IMG/VR virus record: IMGVR_UViG_3300050192_000013
Span: 3,705 to 67,704 of that record
Strand: one strand, 5' to 3'
DNA length: 64,000 bases
From: a virus
A program made the position numbers and the translations under genes. Positions 1 through 8,327 of the stretch are shown here, piece after piece. Within the stretch, counting starts at the first letter, position 1. Every line of letters begins with the position of its first letter. The notes under the pieces are model-generated. The model ran no database searches. It was not told where the DNA came from and saw nothing but the letters and a program-made list of their open reading frames with translations.

Positions 1-336
1 CTTATGCGCGGATAACTTGTGCGCAGGTGACTTTGTGGAGTATCGCATTCGTTTCACTAACGGACGCGTGGAATCAGTGGAGTTAATTCCAGAGAGACAA
101 TGGACATGACCGAAGCACAAATCAAATATGAACACCAGAATCATCACATGGCTGAAGGCGCAGAAATGACTCCATCCCAGCTAGTTCAGGACTATGATTT
201 AATCGCGCACGAAGATTTGCGCATCGGCAATATGAGCCGGTCGGCCAGCGGGACAGTCGAAGCGCCAGGGACAAACGTAAAACAGAAGTCTGGACTGAAT
301 AAGTCCATCATGGATGCCGCGTGGGGCCAATTAATA

Positions 337-603
337 GGGAATTATATACATGACTACAGCGAAAAGGACGCTGCTGAATGCAACCGCATGAAGAGAGGGT
401 AGTTACCGAGCAAAAAGAACTGGGCGACAAACTTGTCAAACTGCGCGAGTTCATCGCCTCGAATCCAATCTTTCAGAAACTTCCCCGCGACGAGCAGGAG
501 CGACTGAAAACACAAGAGTTTCACATGTCCATGTACTGGAGGGTGCTTGGCGACAGGATCGGCGAATTCCCGAAGTAGTCCTGTAGTCAAGTATATAATT
601 CCC
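337..603. mobile_element. Non-autonomous IS1595-type cassette (267 bp) carrying one passenger gene
   Basis: TIRs GGGAATTATATACATGACTAC (337-357) and GTAGTCAAGTATATAATTCCC (583-603). Perfect 8-bp TSD AATTAATA at 329-336 and 604-611. No transposase inside. Confidence 0.9.
378..578 (+). CDS. Small phage protein, crAss001_48-like family (passenger of cassette)
   Basis: MQPHEERVVTEQKELGDKLVKLREFI..IFQKLPRDEQERLKTQ..M..Y..VLGDRI matches my recollection of this family pattern. Confidence 0.7.
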   Translation: MQPHEERVVTEQKELGDKLVKLREFIASNPIFQKLPRDEQERLKTQEFHMSMYWRVLGDRIGEFPK

Positions 604-841
604 AATTAATATGGCAGATCATTTATAAGGCTGAGAGCGCCGGTAAGTGGGTCGTGCCAGTCAATCCACGAGGCACGAGTCAAAAGTGTTCGCAGTGCGG
701 CGAAGTTGTCAAAAAGGAATTGTCGGAGCGCAGGCATAAGTGTGCCTGCGGTAGCGACTTGGACCGAGACCACAACGCCGCGATAAACATCCAAAGGCTC
801 GGGATGAGCCTTGCGGGCCTTGCGCCTTCAGAATGTATGAG

Positions 842-862
842 GTAGTTATGTATATAAATCCC
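842..862. repeat. Orphan IS1595-type right TIR overlapping the tnpB stop codon
   Basis: GTAGTTATGTATATAAATCCC has 2 mismatches to the TIR consensus. Its partner is not in the window. Confidence 0.75.
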
Positions 863-881
863 AAAAAACAAAAGGACAATC

Positions 882-1214
882 GTGATTCAAACACCAAACT
901 TTGATCCGAACAATAGAATTGAGGTCTACCTCGCGGCGATTCTGGAAGAGTTACGCGAACATCGCAAGCAGGCTACGGAGATGATGAAGCGCGCGGAGGA
1001 GATATCCGACAAACCTGTGCGCTTCGTCAAGATGGCGAACAAATGCCGGGTCATGGGTACAGATACCGCGCGTCTGGAATATGTCATGGAACACATGTTC
1101 ATCGTCCGCGACGTTGGGCCGCGCGCCACACGCGTCTATACAACCCGTGAGGATATCGACGAGGCGATGGCTGTGGACGCGCCACGGGCCAGCGGTGCGC
1201 CGGGAAAGGGGTAA
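882..1214 (+). CDS. Hypothetical phage protein
   Basis: 110-aa ORF, GTG start preceded by AAGGAC. Confidence 0.6.
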   Translation: MIQTPNFDPNNRIEVYLAAILEELREHRKQATEMMKRAEEISDKPVRFVKMANKCRVMGTDTARLEYVMEHMFIVRDVGPRATRVYTTREDIDEAMAVDAPRASGAPGKG

Positions 1215-1264
1215 GGTAAAGTTGAGTGGCTATTGAGACGGCCTGTGGATACATTCGTGACCCC

Positions 1265-1328
1265 TTGCACACCGGCGTGCGCGGCGGTAGGATATGGGCT
1301 TGCGCGGGATTTTGACGTATGTTAGGAT
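1265..1328 (+). promoter_or_regulatory. Two tandem sigma70-like promoters
   Basis: TTGCAC-17-TAGGAT (1265-1293) and TTGCGC-17-TAGGAT (1300-1328). Confidence 0.55.
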
Positions 1329-1447
1329 TGAAGGGTAGCAACGGAAACGGAGCCGACTGATCCTCGGTTCTAATACGTCCAGTGCCCGGCCAGGAGCTAC
1401 TTCCATCCCTGGTCGGCTCTGGCACCCGAATGGAAGCGGGGCCAAAA

Positions 1448-1696
1448 ATGACCGATCAAGATGAAGGCACACGCCAAGCCGAAGCATTCAATTTAAGCGA
1501 TACCGAATACGAGTTAGAGTGGCTTGCATCGCTACCCGATATAGAACGCGACGTATCGGCCTACTTCTATCGCATATTTTCTCCTTGCTTTGAGTTGATC
1601 CAGGAAGTGCCAGTAAGGACGGAATGCGGAGATACGCTGCGTGTTGATTACGTCGGCAGAGAACACGCTGGAGACCTAAATGGGGGAATTATATAG
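1448..1696 (+). pseudogene. Probable PD-(D/E)XK nuclease-like gene truncated by the TIR at 1684
   Basis: ..FELIQEVPV....LRVDYVG.. motif. The frame runs into the TIR and stops inside it, with no E-x-K motif. Confidence 0.45.
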
Positions 1697-2519
1697 ATGA
1701 CTACACCAAATCAGCAGAATCAGAGGGATAGCCTGTGAAGCGAATCGTCCAGTTTTCCGGCGGACTTTGTTCGTTCTTCGCGGCAAAGCGCGTGGTTGAG
1801 CAGTTCGGAAAAGACGATGTAACCCTGCTCTTCGCGGACACTCTCATCGAGTCTCCGGGACTGTACCGTTTCCGTGATGCCGCTGCTGCGTTTCTCGGCC
1901 TCCCTGTGACCGTGATTGCGGAGGGGCGTACGCCGTGGCAGGTATTCAAGGACTGGGGCGTGAAAGGGTTTTTGGGGAACTCCCGCGTGGACATCTGCTC
2001 TCAAGTTCTCAAGCGCGAATTTTGCCGGGGATGGGTCGCCGGACACTGCTTTATGGAGCCAGTGGTCCTGTATGTCGGAATTTCTTGGGACGAAGGGCGT
2101 ATAGATGAAATTCGCGCCAACTGGCTACCCTGGGCCGTAGAAGCGCCGATGTGCGACCCTCCGTACCTCACCAAGTGCGACATGATTCGGGAAGCTACCG
2201 CGCTAGGCTTGCCGCTGTCAGAGGCATACGCGGACGGATTCTCTCATGACAACTGTGGGGGCGGATGCGTCAAGGCCGGGCAGGCTCATTTTGCGCAACT
2301 CTACAAGATTCGGCCAGCGGTTTATGCGGAGTGGGAGCGCAACGAAGAGGACGTGCGTAAGCATATTGGCCAAGATGTCTCAATCCTCAAAGACAGGAGA
2401 TGTGGACAGACCAAGCCTTTGACGTTGGCGGCGTTCAAGGCACGGATTGAGACAGGCGATTATGACGTTCACGAATTTGGAGGATGCGGATGTGGCGTGT
2501 AGGCAAGTATATAATTCCC
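1684..2519. mobile_element. IS1595-type TIR-bounded cassette carrying a PAPS-reductase-like gene, no TSD
   Basis: Left TIR GGGAATTATATAGATGACTAC (1684-1704), right TIR GTAGGCAAGTATATAATTCCC (2499-2519). Flanks CTAAATGG and GAAGCAAA differ. Confidence 0.75.
1735..2502 (+). CDS. PAPS reductase-like / adenine nucleotide alpha-hydrolase family phage protein
   Basis: N-terminal PP-loop-like FSGGLCS..LLFADT, HDNCGGGCVKAG motif and C-terminal GGCGC. The TAG stop lies inside the TIR. Confidence 0.75.
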   Translation: MKRIVQFSGGLCSFFAAKRVVEQFGKDDVTLLFADTLIESPGLYRFRDAAAAFLGLPVTVIAEGRTPWQVFKDWGVKGFLGNSRVDICSQVLKREFCRGWVAGHCFMEPVVLYVGISWDEGRIDEIRANWLPWAVEAPMCDPPYLTKCDMIREATALGLPLSEAYADGFSHDNCGGGCVKAGQAHFAQLYKIRPAVYAEWERNEEDVRKHIGQDVSILKDRRCGQTKPLTLAAFKARIETGDYDVHEFGGCGCGV

Positions 2520-2570
2520 GAAGCAAACCGTCCGATATTGCTGGATTCCACTCACTGAGCAAGTTTTATT

Positions 2571-2691
2571 TTGACATTTTGCCGCGCCTGTGTCAAGATA
2601 GCGGTGGGGGCGGCACATGCCGCGTGTCGCCGCGCAAGCCGGAACCACTCTCTGAGCAAGTTTGCCTTCCGCGCCGCCCCCTCCTACCGCT
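2571..2691 (+). promoter_or_regulatory. sigma70-like promoter followed by a long leader hairpin upstream of the replication gene
   Basis: TTGACA-17-CAAGAT with extended TG (2571-2599). AGCGGTGGGGGCGGC (2600-2614) pairs with GCCGCCCCCTCCTACCGCT (2673-2691). Confidence 0.45.
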
Positions 2692-2769
2692 TAAAAATAA
2701 ATTCTCTGATTTCCTTGTAGGAAGCCGTGATTCGCGGTATATTTTATTCAGTCGGGAGATACCTGCTCA

Positions 2770-3525
2770 GTGTCTACGATAGATCCAGATGGACTTTTTG
2801 GTGGCGACCGAATGCGGCGATGTTCCAATCTTGCTCAACTTCACTGGCCTAGATTTTTCCTCGCCTCCGATGGTTTCGGAAGGATCGAAATAAACTACGC
2901 ACGCATCCTCGGGAAGGCTTACGCCACGTTTAACCCGATGCCGGGACAGGATGAACTATTCGGGTACATCAAGGAATACGCAGCGAACTACCTGCTATTC
3001 CCGTACCTCTGTGACGGTCAACAATGGGGACAATGGGATACGCGGCCTGAGTGTTTGCCTGTTTATAAGACGGCGGTAGATAAGCGTAGCCCCGCCCCGG
3101 ATGCGCGGGCATTACAGGAATGGAAGCGGGAGTACATCAAGGAATGTAAAAATCTTCCGCAACTGTTCGGAAAACTTTCTGAAGGCTTTCATGCAATCGC
3201 AGATGGCGTTGAAGAAATGGCGGTCGCGCTCCCGGCTGGTTCTTCGATGGTATCGGCGGAATGGAAACAATCCGACGACCTAATCGCTGAGATGTTCCCG
3301 ACTACGGACGGCGCATTTCGGCGAAAGATTATAGAGGCCGCAATTCAGGCATACATCGGAGCTTCGACAAAGAATACAGCCCCGCTAACCGACGAAATTC
3401 TTGGCCGCGCTATTGTTAAATCGACAGCAGAGAAGCAGACCAGCGCGGCGCTATACCTGACAAGACTCCCTAACTTTATCGGAAATCAAGTCAGGAGTTT
3501 TGAGAAGAACAGGAGAAGGGCGTGA
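2770..3525 (+). CDS. Putative phage replication initiator / replisome organiser
   Basis: The N-terminus (..ASDGFGR..LFGYIKEY..LLFPY..DGQQWG..) resembles winged-helix initiator N-domains, and the genomic position fits. Confidence 0.5.
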   Translation: MSTIDPDGLFGGDRMRRCSNLAQLHWPRFFLASDGFGRIEINYARILGKAYATFNPMPGQDELFGYIKEYAANYLLFPYLCDGQQWGQWDTRPECLPVYKTAVDKRSPAPDARALQEWKREYIKECKNLPQLFGKLSEGFHAIADGVEEMAVALPAGSSMVSAEWKQSDDLIAEMFPTTDGAFRRKIIEAAIQAYIGASTKNTAPLTDEILGRAIVKSTAEKQTSAALYLTRLPNFIGNQVRSFEKNRRRA

Positions 3526-3779
3526 CTCCTTGGCGCGGAATTGAGATAAACGGGGAGTTGCGCAACCTGAATGCGTGCATCCGGCGCATTCTGTCCGAAG
3601 GCCCTGCAACATCCCTAGAAATAGCCGATTCTCTCGGGATTACGCGAAGTCAGATCCGCAAGTCAATCACAACCATGCGGGTGAGTGGGTATGTCCAGCC
3701 AGATTGCGCCGGTTATCGCAAGGACAAGATCTACTCTCTTACACCGCGCGGCTTAGCGATGTTCAGGAGACGACCATGA
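3522..3779 (+). CDS. Winged-helix (MarR/ArsR-like) DNA-binding protein
   Basis: GPATSLEIADSLGITRSQIRKSITTMRVSGYV...YSLTPRG. Confidence 0.7.
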   Translation: MTPWRGIEINGELRNLNACIRRILSEGPATSLEIADSLGITRSQIRKSITTMRVSGYVQPDCAGYRKDKIYSLTPRGLAMFRRRP

Positions 3780-4006
3780 GTAATATCTTCGAGGAGTTCG
3801 GAAGTTCTCGCAAGCTTCCAGAAATAGCTGCCGCTGAAGTGGCACTACTGAATGCAATTGCGGAAACTGACCGCCAGCACGAAGGCCCGCACGCGCCATA
3901 CCTCCGCAGCATCGAGCACGGCGTGTTGAACGGCCTTGCGGTGGAGCGCTGGCGCTGCTCGTGCGGGTGGACTGGGCCATATTTCAAGCGGGGATGGTTG
4001 CGATGA
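3776..4006 (+). CDS. Hypothetical protein
   Basis: ATGA overlap with upstream gene, RBS AGGAGA, C-terminal WRCSCGW motif. Confidence 0.55.
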   Translation: MSNIFEEFGSSRKLPEIAAAEVALLNAIAETDRQHEGPHAPYLRSIEHGVLNGLAVERWRCSCGWTGPYFKRGWLR

Positions 4007-4296
4007 CGGAAATTCAAGAGCAAGACGTGCTAGTGCTGGGCCATCCGGAAGACTGTACCGGATTGCGGCAGTTCCTTGTGGAGCGCGAGATATGCGCGTT
4101 TGGTGGTAACGCAATTAAACGCCCAACGCTTATATGGGTAAGCCAAAACATAACCATAGAGTCATGTGGCCATGCGGGATACGTCATGGACGCCGTTTCG
4201 GTTGAGGATGCTATACGGAACGGTATGAAACCGGAACCGGTTGGACATAGGGGACCAGTTGTCGTGTGCGGTAAAATGGGGCGGTTCATCGAATGA
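4003..4296 (+). CDS. Hypothetical protein
   Basis: ATGA-coupled ORF in the operon. Confidence 0.55.
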   Translation: MTEIQEQDVLVLGHPEDCTGLRQFLVEREICAFGGNAIKRPTLIWVSQNITIESCGHAGYVMDAVSVEDAIRNGMKPEPVGHRGPVVVCGKMGRFIE

Positions 4297-4682
4297 AGGC
4301 GAACGAAGTCCGTTGGAGTTGCGATAAGTGCGGGGCCGAAGGTTGGATACCGGAGCCGCGGTTTGGATGTGAAGCATTAGCGGCAGCGCAGACGCAGCAT
4401 ACAGAGCACGCCAAGTGGATACGGATCGGGGAGCGGAGGCCGGTAGTCAAATGACGGATTGTATGGTGGAGTTTCGGCTTAAAAGTGACGTACCGTTGAT
4501 AGGGGATGGTAAATGACACTGTACGATCTATTCACAAGCCACTTCACATGGCGCGCGCTATTCTCGGCCTTTTGGCCGCCCGTGATTGTCGCGGTGTCTG
4601 CCTTCTATGCTGGTTACTGGCGCGGAAGAGTTGTCGAACAGCGCGAAACCCCGAGGCTGATGGATAAATTAAAGGTGCCGAG

Positions 4683-4970
4683 ATGAGTATCCAACTGACC
4701 GTTACAAAGACGCTAACAAAGACGCTGAAAGGCTTTGATGAAATGAGCGACGAACAGATTATCGATTACTACTGCGATGAACCGGCTGATTTCTTCGATG
4801 ACGCGCAGTGGGATATCAAGCGCGACTCTGGGCGCTGTATCTGTCCGAAGGAATGTGATTGTGAGTATCGTGGCGATGGAAGCGGCTTTCGCGGCAACAG
4901 CAAGTACTGTCCAAAACATAATACATATCCAGATCCATTGCCGGAATGCCTGGCCGAGGTCCACGGATGA
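4683..4970 (+). CDS. Hypothetical Cys-rich protein
   Basis: ATGA-coupled, 95 aa, CxC..CxC..C..H. Confidence 0.55.
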   Translation: MSIQLTVTKTLTKTLKGFDEMSDEQIIDYYCDEPADFFDDAQWDIKRDSGRCICPKECDCEYRGDGSGFRGNSKYCPKHNTYPDPLPECLAEVHG

Positions 4971-5251
4971 AAATACCACAACAGCCACTCGAATGGATCT
5001 CAATGAATTGCGACTGCAAAAGTGCGCGGCATACAATCCGCTTTTGCTTCGACCCAGACGATGGAGACCTGTACGTCGATGTGCAGTTAGCGCGATGGCA
5101 CGGATTCTTTAAGCGTTGCTGGATTGCTATGCGATACATCCTAGGCTTAACGGATCGGTGCGGACATTGGGATTGCGCGCTGCTGAGTGACCACGCCAGC
5201 CTAATTATCGAACTGTGCGAACGGTCGATTAGTGCAAGGGCGGAAAAGTGA
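4967..5251 (+). CDS. Hypothetical phage protein
   Basis: ATGA-coupled. CDC...H.IRF..D.DDGDLY..V.L...GFFKR.W.A.RYI.G is a common phage motif. Confidence 0.6.
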   Translation: MKIPQQPLEWISMNCDCKSARHTIRFCFDPDDGDLYVDVQLARWHGFFKRCWIAMRYILGLTDRCGHWDCALLSDHASLIIELCERSISARAEK

Positions 5252-5622
5252 TTAACGTCGCTGAACAACTAAGCAAGATATACGCGCGCATACCAGCGAT
5301 CAACTGTAAGCGCAAGTGCCAAGAGTGTTGTGGTCCCATTATGATGTCGAAGGCCGAATACGCCCAAGCGTTTGGCAACGCGAGGGCATTCGAGATACTA
5401 GAGCCGTACGTCTGCGCGTTCGACCCTATCGCTGGAAGTTGCCCCAAATTGCTAAGGACTGGAGATTGCGGCGTGTACGAGAACCGCCCCGCGATATGTC
5501 GCCTATGGGGAGTGGTCCGCAAGATGGCGTGTCCGTTCGGATGCGAACCGGAGCGATGGTTGAGCGATAAAGAGGCGCGCGTTATCTTGGGGATGGTGGA
5601 CCGGATTGGAAGCGTGAAATAA
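5248..5622 (+). CDS. YkgJ-family Cys-cluster (Fe-S/Zn) protein
   Basis: CKRKCQECCG ... CP.L...G.CGVYENRPAICRLWG. Confidence 0.8.
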   Translation: MINVAEQLSKIYARIPAINCKRKCQECCGPIMMSKAEYAQAFGNARAFEILEPYVCAFDPIAGSCPKLLRTGDCGVYENRPAICRLWGVVRKMACPFGCEPERWLSDKEARVILGMVDRIGSVK

Positions 5623-6141
5623 ATGGAATATGGCATCCTATTTTCCGCGCCGATGGTCCGTGCGATCCTTGCCGGTAGAAAATCCGTCACCCGCCGCATG
5701 TCAAAGCAATGGCTCAAGCGCAAGTGCGGCGACGTGCTCTGGGTGCGCGAGACCTGGGGAATCATCAATGCATGGCCGGATGACGTACAGTACCAGTACA
5801 TCCGCAATGGCGGCCCATGGCGACCGAACGAGATGGCTTATCGCGCAGATGAACCGCAAGGTGATTATTGTTGGCGATCTTCACTCCACATGCCGCGATG
5901 GGCGAGCCGGATTACATTAGAGGTGACCGAAGATGCGCGGGAAGAACAGTTGCAAGACATCACCGAGGAAGAGGCAATGCGTGAAGGTTTCTATCAAGCG
6001 GTGCATGAGTCGGAGCATGGCGTAGGGCAGGACGTAATCGGATGGTTTGCGGGCATGTGGAGATCGTTGCATGACAAGCCGGGCGAATGCTGGGATGACA
6101 ACCCCACTGTGGTCCGCATTCCGGTTCGGAGGATTATATGA
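5623..6141 (+). CDS. ASCH/PUA-like phage protein
   Basis: ILFSAPMVRAILAGRKSVTRR..GDVLWVRETW..W.SSLHMPRWASRITLEVT..R.E.LQDITEEEA..EG. Confidence 0.75.
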   Translation: MEYGILFSAPMVRAILAGRKSVTRRMSKQWLKRKCGDVLWVRETWGIINAWPDDVQYQYIRNGGPWRPNEMAYRADEPQGDYCWRSSLHMPRWASRITLEVTEDAREEQLQDITEEEAMREGFYQAVHESEHGVGQDVIGWFAGMWRSLHDKPGECWDDNPTVVRIPVRRII

Positions 6142-6629
6142 ACAGCCGTCGATTAGAAGTGCTCCGCAGCTTGGCGCAACTAACACGCGAATCCGCGGAG
6201 GCTGAATATCGGCGCGTGCCAACGTTGCGCAACCGTTGCATGGTGGTTGCCTATGCGTTCTGGATAATCGCAGCCGAGCACAAAGTTCAAGCCGTGATAA
6301 CTGGCGGTGAGTATCTAAAGAATCCATTCGACGGTAAACTCCAATTTGGAGACACGGAGAGCATCAAACAGAAGTCGTATCGGCCAATCCACGCGCATCA
6401 CTGCTGGAATGTTTGCGACGGCCTAATCTTGGATCTTACACGAACGCAATTCGGAAAGTTTCCCTCGGTCGAAATCCTACCAGTCACGGACACGCACTAC
6501 CTGCCGGATAAAGTTGACTGGGACGGCGCAACCGCATGGTCCACATTGGAACTTATGGGGCAGTACGCGCAACGCGAGGCTGAGAATATTATAAATCGAG
6601 TGCTGAAGGAAAGGACGAAGGTGGCTTGA
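6138..6629 (+). CDS. Hypothetical protein
   Basis: 163-aa ATGA-coupled ORF. C..H.W..D motifs are reminiscent of a papain-like/transglutaminase fold (weak). Confidence 0.55.
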   Translation: MNSRRLEVLRSLAQLTRESAEAEYRRVPTLRNRCMVVAYAFWIIAAEHKVQAVITGGEYLKNPFDGKLQFGDTESIKQKSYRPIHAHHCWNVCDGLILDLTRTQFGKFPSVEILPVTDTHYLPDKVDWDGATAWSTLELMGQYAQREAENIINRVLKERTKVA

Positions 6630-6630
6630 C

Positions 6631-7635
6631 GTGGGACAAACAACAGGTATCGCCTGGACGGATAGTACGTGGTCGCCCCTCCGCGCGCGCATCCGGCCAG
6701 ACGCGCTAGAAATTGCGGAGCAAAAAGGTTACACGTCGCTCGTGCAAGTTCTGACAGCGCGCAAGCCGAATGGGGATTTAAGGAGTCCTGCCGGTAAGGT
6801 GGGGCCTCACTGCGAGCACGTTTCGCCGGGGTGTGAAAACTGCTACAGCGAGTTTAATGGCAAGCGCTGTCTTCCCGCGAACGGAACCGGCCTACCGTTC
6901 GACCGGCGCTCGCGTGACCTCGTGGAAATCTTCCTTGACGAAAAGATTCTCATGCAGCCGTTACATTGGAGGCGACCGCGTAGAATTTTCGTGAATTCTC
7001 AAACCGATACGTGGCTGGAATCCGTTCCATACGAACTGATAGATAGAATGTTCGGTGTTGCCGCGTTATGCCCGCAGCATAGTTTCCAATTCCTAACTAA
7101 GCGCGCAGCGAGGATGTTTCTATACATGACGGCGCTTCGCCAGGAGGGATGGACGCAAGGATACATCGCCGAACAATACGGACGGCCGGGACGTTTTTTC
7201 CCGACGGAACACGCACTGCCGCTGAATCAATCAGAAAGGATGCGATGGCCGTTGCAGAATGTCTGGCTTGGCATAAGCGCAGAAGACCAACAGCGATGGG
7301 ATGAACGGTCCAAGTGGTTACGGAAGACACCAGCAGCGGTGCGGTTTGTTTCGTATGAACCGGCTCTCGGACCCATTGATTTCGGCGACCTATCCGGCAT
7401 TCATCAAATAATTACAGGAGGAGAAAGTGGACGCGGAGCGCGGCCATCACAACTAGCATGGTATCGTTCAACAATTACCCAGTGCCGGGCTGCGAGCATT
7501 GCGTGTTTTGTGAAGCAGTTTGGCAAGCGCCCGCTCGCTAGATGTCTCCAGTACGCCTGTGAATCCGACCCAGGCCACGGCGCTAACCCGATGGATTGGC
7601 CTAGGGAATATCGCATACAGGAGTTTCCGGCGTGA
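6631..7635 (+). CDS. DUF5131 (phage Gp37/Gp68) family protein
   Basis: TGIAWTDSTW.P...C.HVSPGCENCY...FVNS.TD...FQFLTKR...NVWLGISAEDQ...RFVSYEPALGP...ITGGESG. Confidence 0.85.
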   Translation: MGQTTGIAWTDSTWSPLRARIRPDALEIAEQKGYTSLVQVLTARKPNGDLRSPAGKVGPHCEHVSPGCENCYSEFNGKRCLPANGTGLPFDRRSRDLVEIFLDEKILMQPLHWRRPRRIFVNSQTDTWLESVPYELIDRMFGVAALCPQHSFQFLTKRAARMFLYMTALRQEGWTQGYIAEQYGRPGRFFPTEHALPLNQSERMRWPLQNVWLGISAEDQQRWDERSKWLRKTPAAVRFVSYEPALGPIDFGDLSGIHQIITGGESGRGARPSQLAWYRSTITQCRAASIACFVKQFGKRPLARCLQYACESDPGHGANPMDWPREYRIQEFPA

Positions 7636-8327
7636 TTCCAGAACCACCCACACCAGACTTCGCCGTCGCACCCGTCCGCGTCCTCGTCCAGGACGGCAAG
7701 CCGCTGGTACCCGGCGCGGAGCAGTTGATAGCCGCCAAACAGACCAATCAGCCATTCCCAAACCTCTCACAGCAACGCAAAGGCTTTATCGCTAACTTTC
7801 CGAGCACAACAATAGCGCAGCGGAAGCGAGCGCGGAAGCTCATGCGCCCAGCAGAAAAGCATGACGACCTTGCGCGTCAAGCACTTAGCATAGTCGAAGG
7901 TGGTCAGATCGTGCTCGTGAAACCGGAGGAAGTGTCGGTCGAAGCGTTTCAATCGCGCATCCTTACTTCGCTAAGTCATAGAAAAGATACACGTTCTTGG
8001 AAATTCTCCATGAAATCGCTCGGATGTAACCGCGTGGCGCTGGTTTGCAAGGGGAAATCGGCCAGGAATGGCGCACAAGGCGTTGGGGTATCCGATACTA
8101 CCTCCAGCACCCATCCGATAGCGCCTGAAGCCACCTACGCGCGGGAATCCAGCATTCCTGCGAAGCTCGGCAAGCGCCTGCGCGACCCGAAACCGGATGT
8201 GATTCGCCGTGGGTTGGAAAATCGACGGCAGAAGGCTACGCGGAAGGTGGCGGAACTGGAGATGCGGCTGGAGGCTGAACGCGGGAAGTTGGCGGGGATT
8301 GCGGATTCACTGGGACGGTTAGCGTGA
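7632..8327 (+). CDS. Hypothetical protein
   Basis: 231-aa GTGA-coupled ORF with C-terminal coiled coil. Confidence 0.5.
   Translation: MIPEPPTPDFAVAPVRVLVQDGKPLVPGAEQLIAAKQTNQPFPNLSQQRKGFIANFPSTTIAQRKRARKLMRPAEKHDDLARQALSIVEGGQIVLVKPEEVSVEAFQSRILTSLSHRKDTRSWKFSMKSLGCNRVALVCKGKSARNGAQGVGVSDTTSSTHPIAPEATYARESSIPAKLGKRLRDPKPDVIRRGLENRRQKATRKVAELEMRLEAERGKLAGIADSLGRLA

Larger units (their letters stand above)
178..845 (+). pseudogene. tnpB: IS200/IS605-family TnpB remnant: 5'-truncated and split by the 337-603 cassette
   Basis: 178-336 encodes QLVQDYDLIAHEDL..KSGLNKSIMDAAWGQLI (RuvC-II region). 612-845 encodes WQIIYKAESAGKWVVPVNPRGTSQKCSQCG..CACG..DRDHNAAINI (Zn finger, RuvC-III). Removing 337-611 rejoins the two in frame. 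The N-terminal half is absent. Confidence 0.9.

Noticed and set aside
166-178. ATGACTCCATCCC as a degenerate IS1595 end at the tnpB 5' junction
   Set aside because: Only short pieces resemble a TIR, and no matching TSD can be checked in the window.
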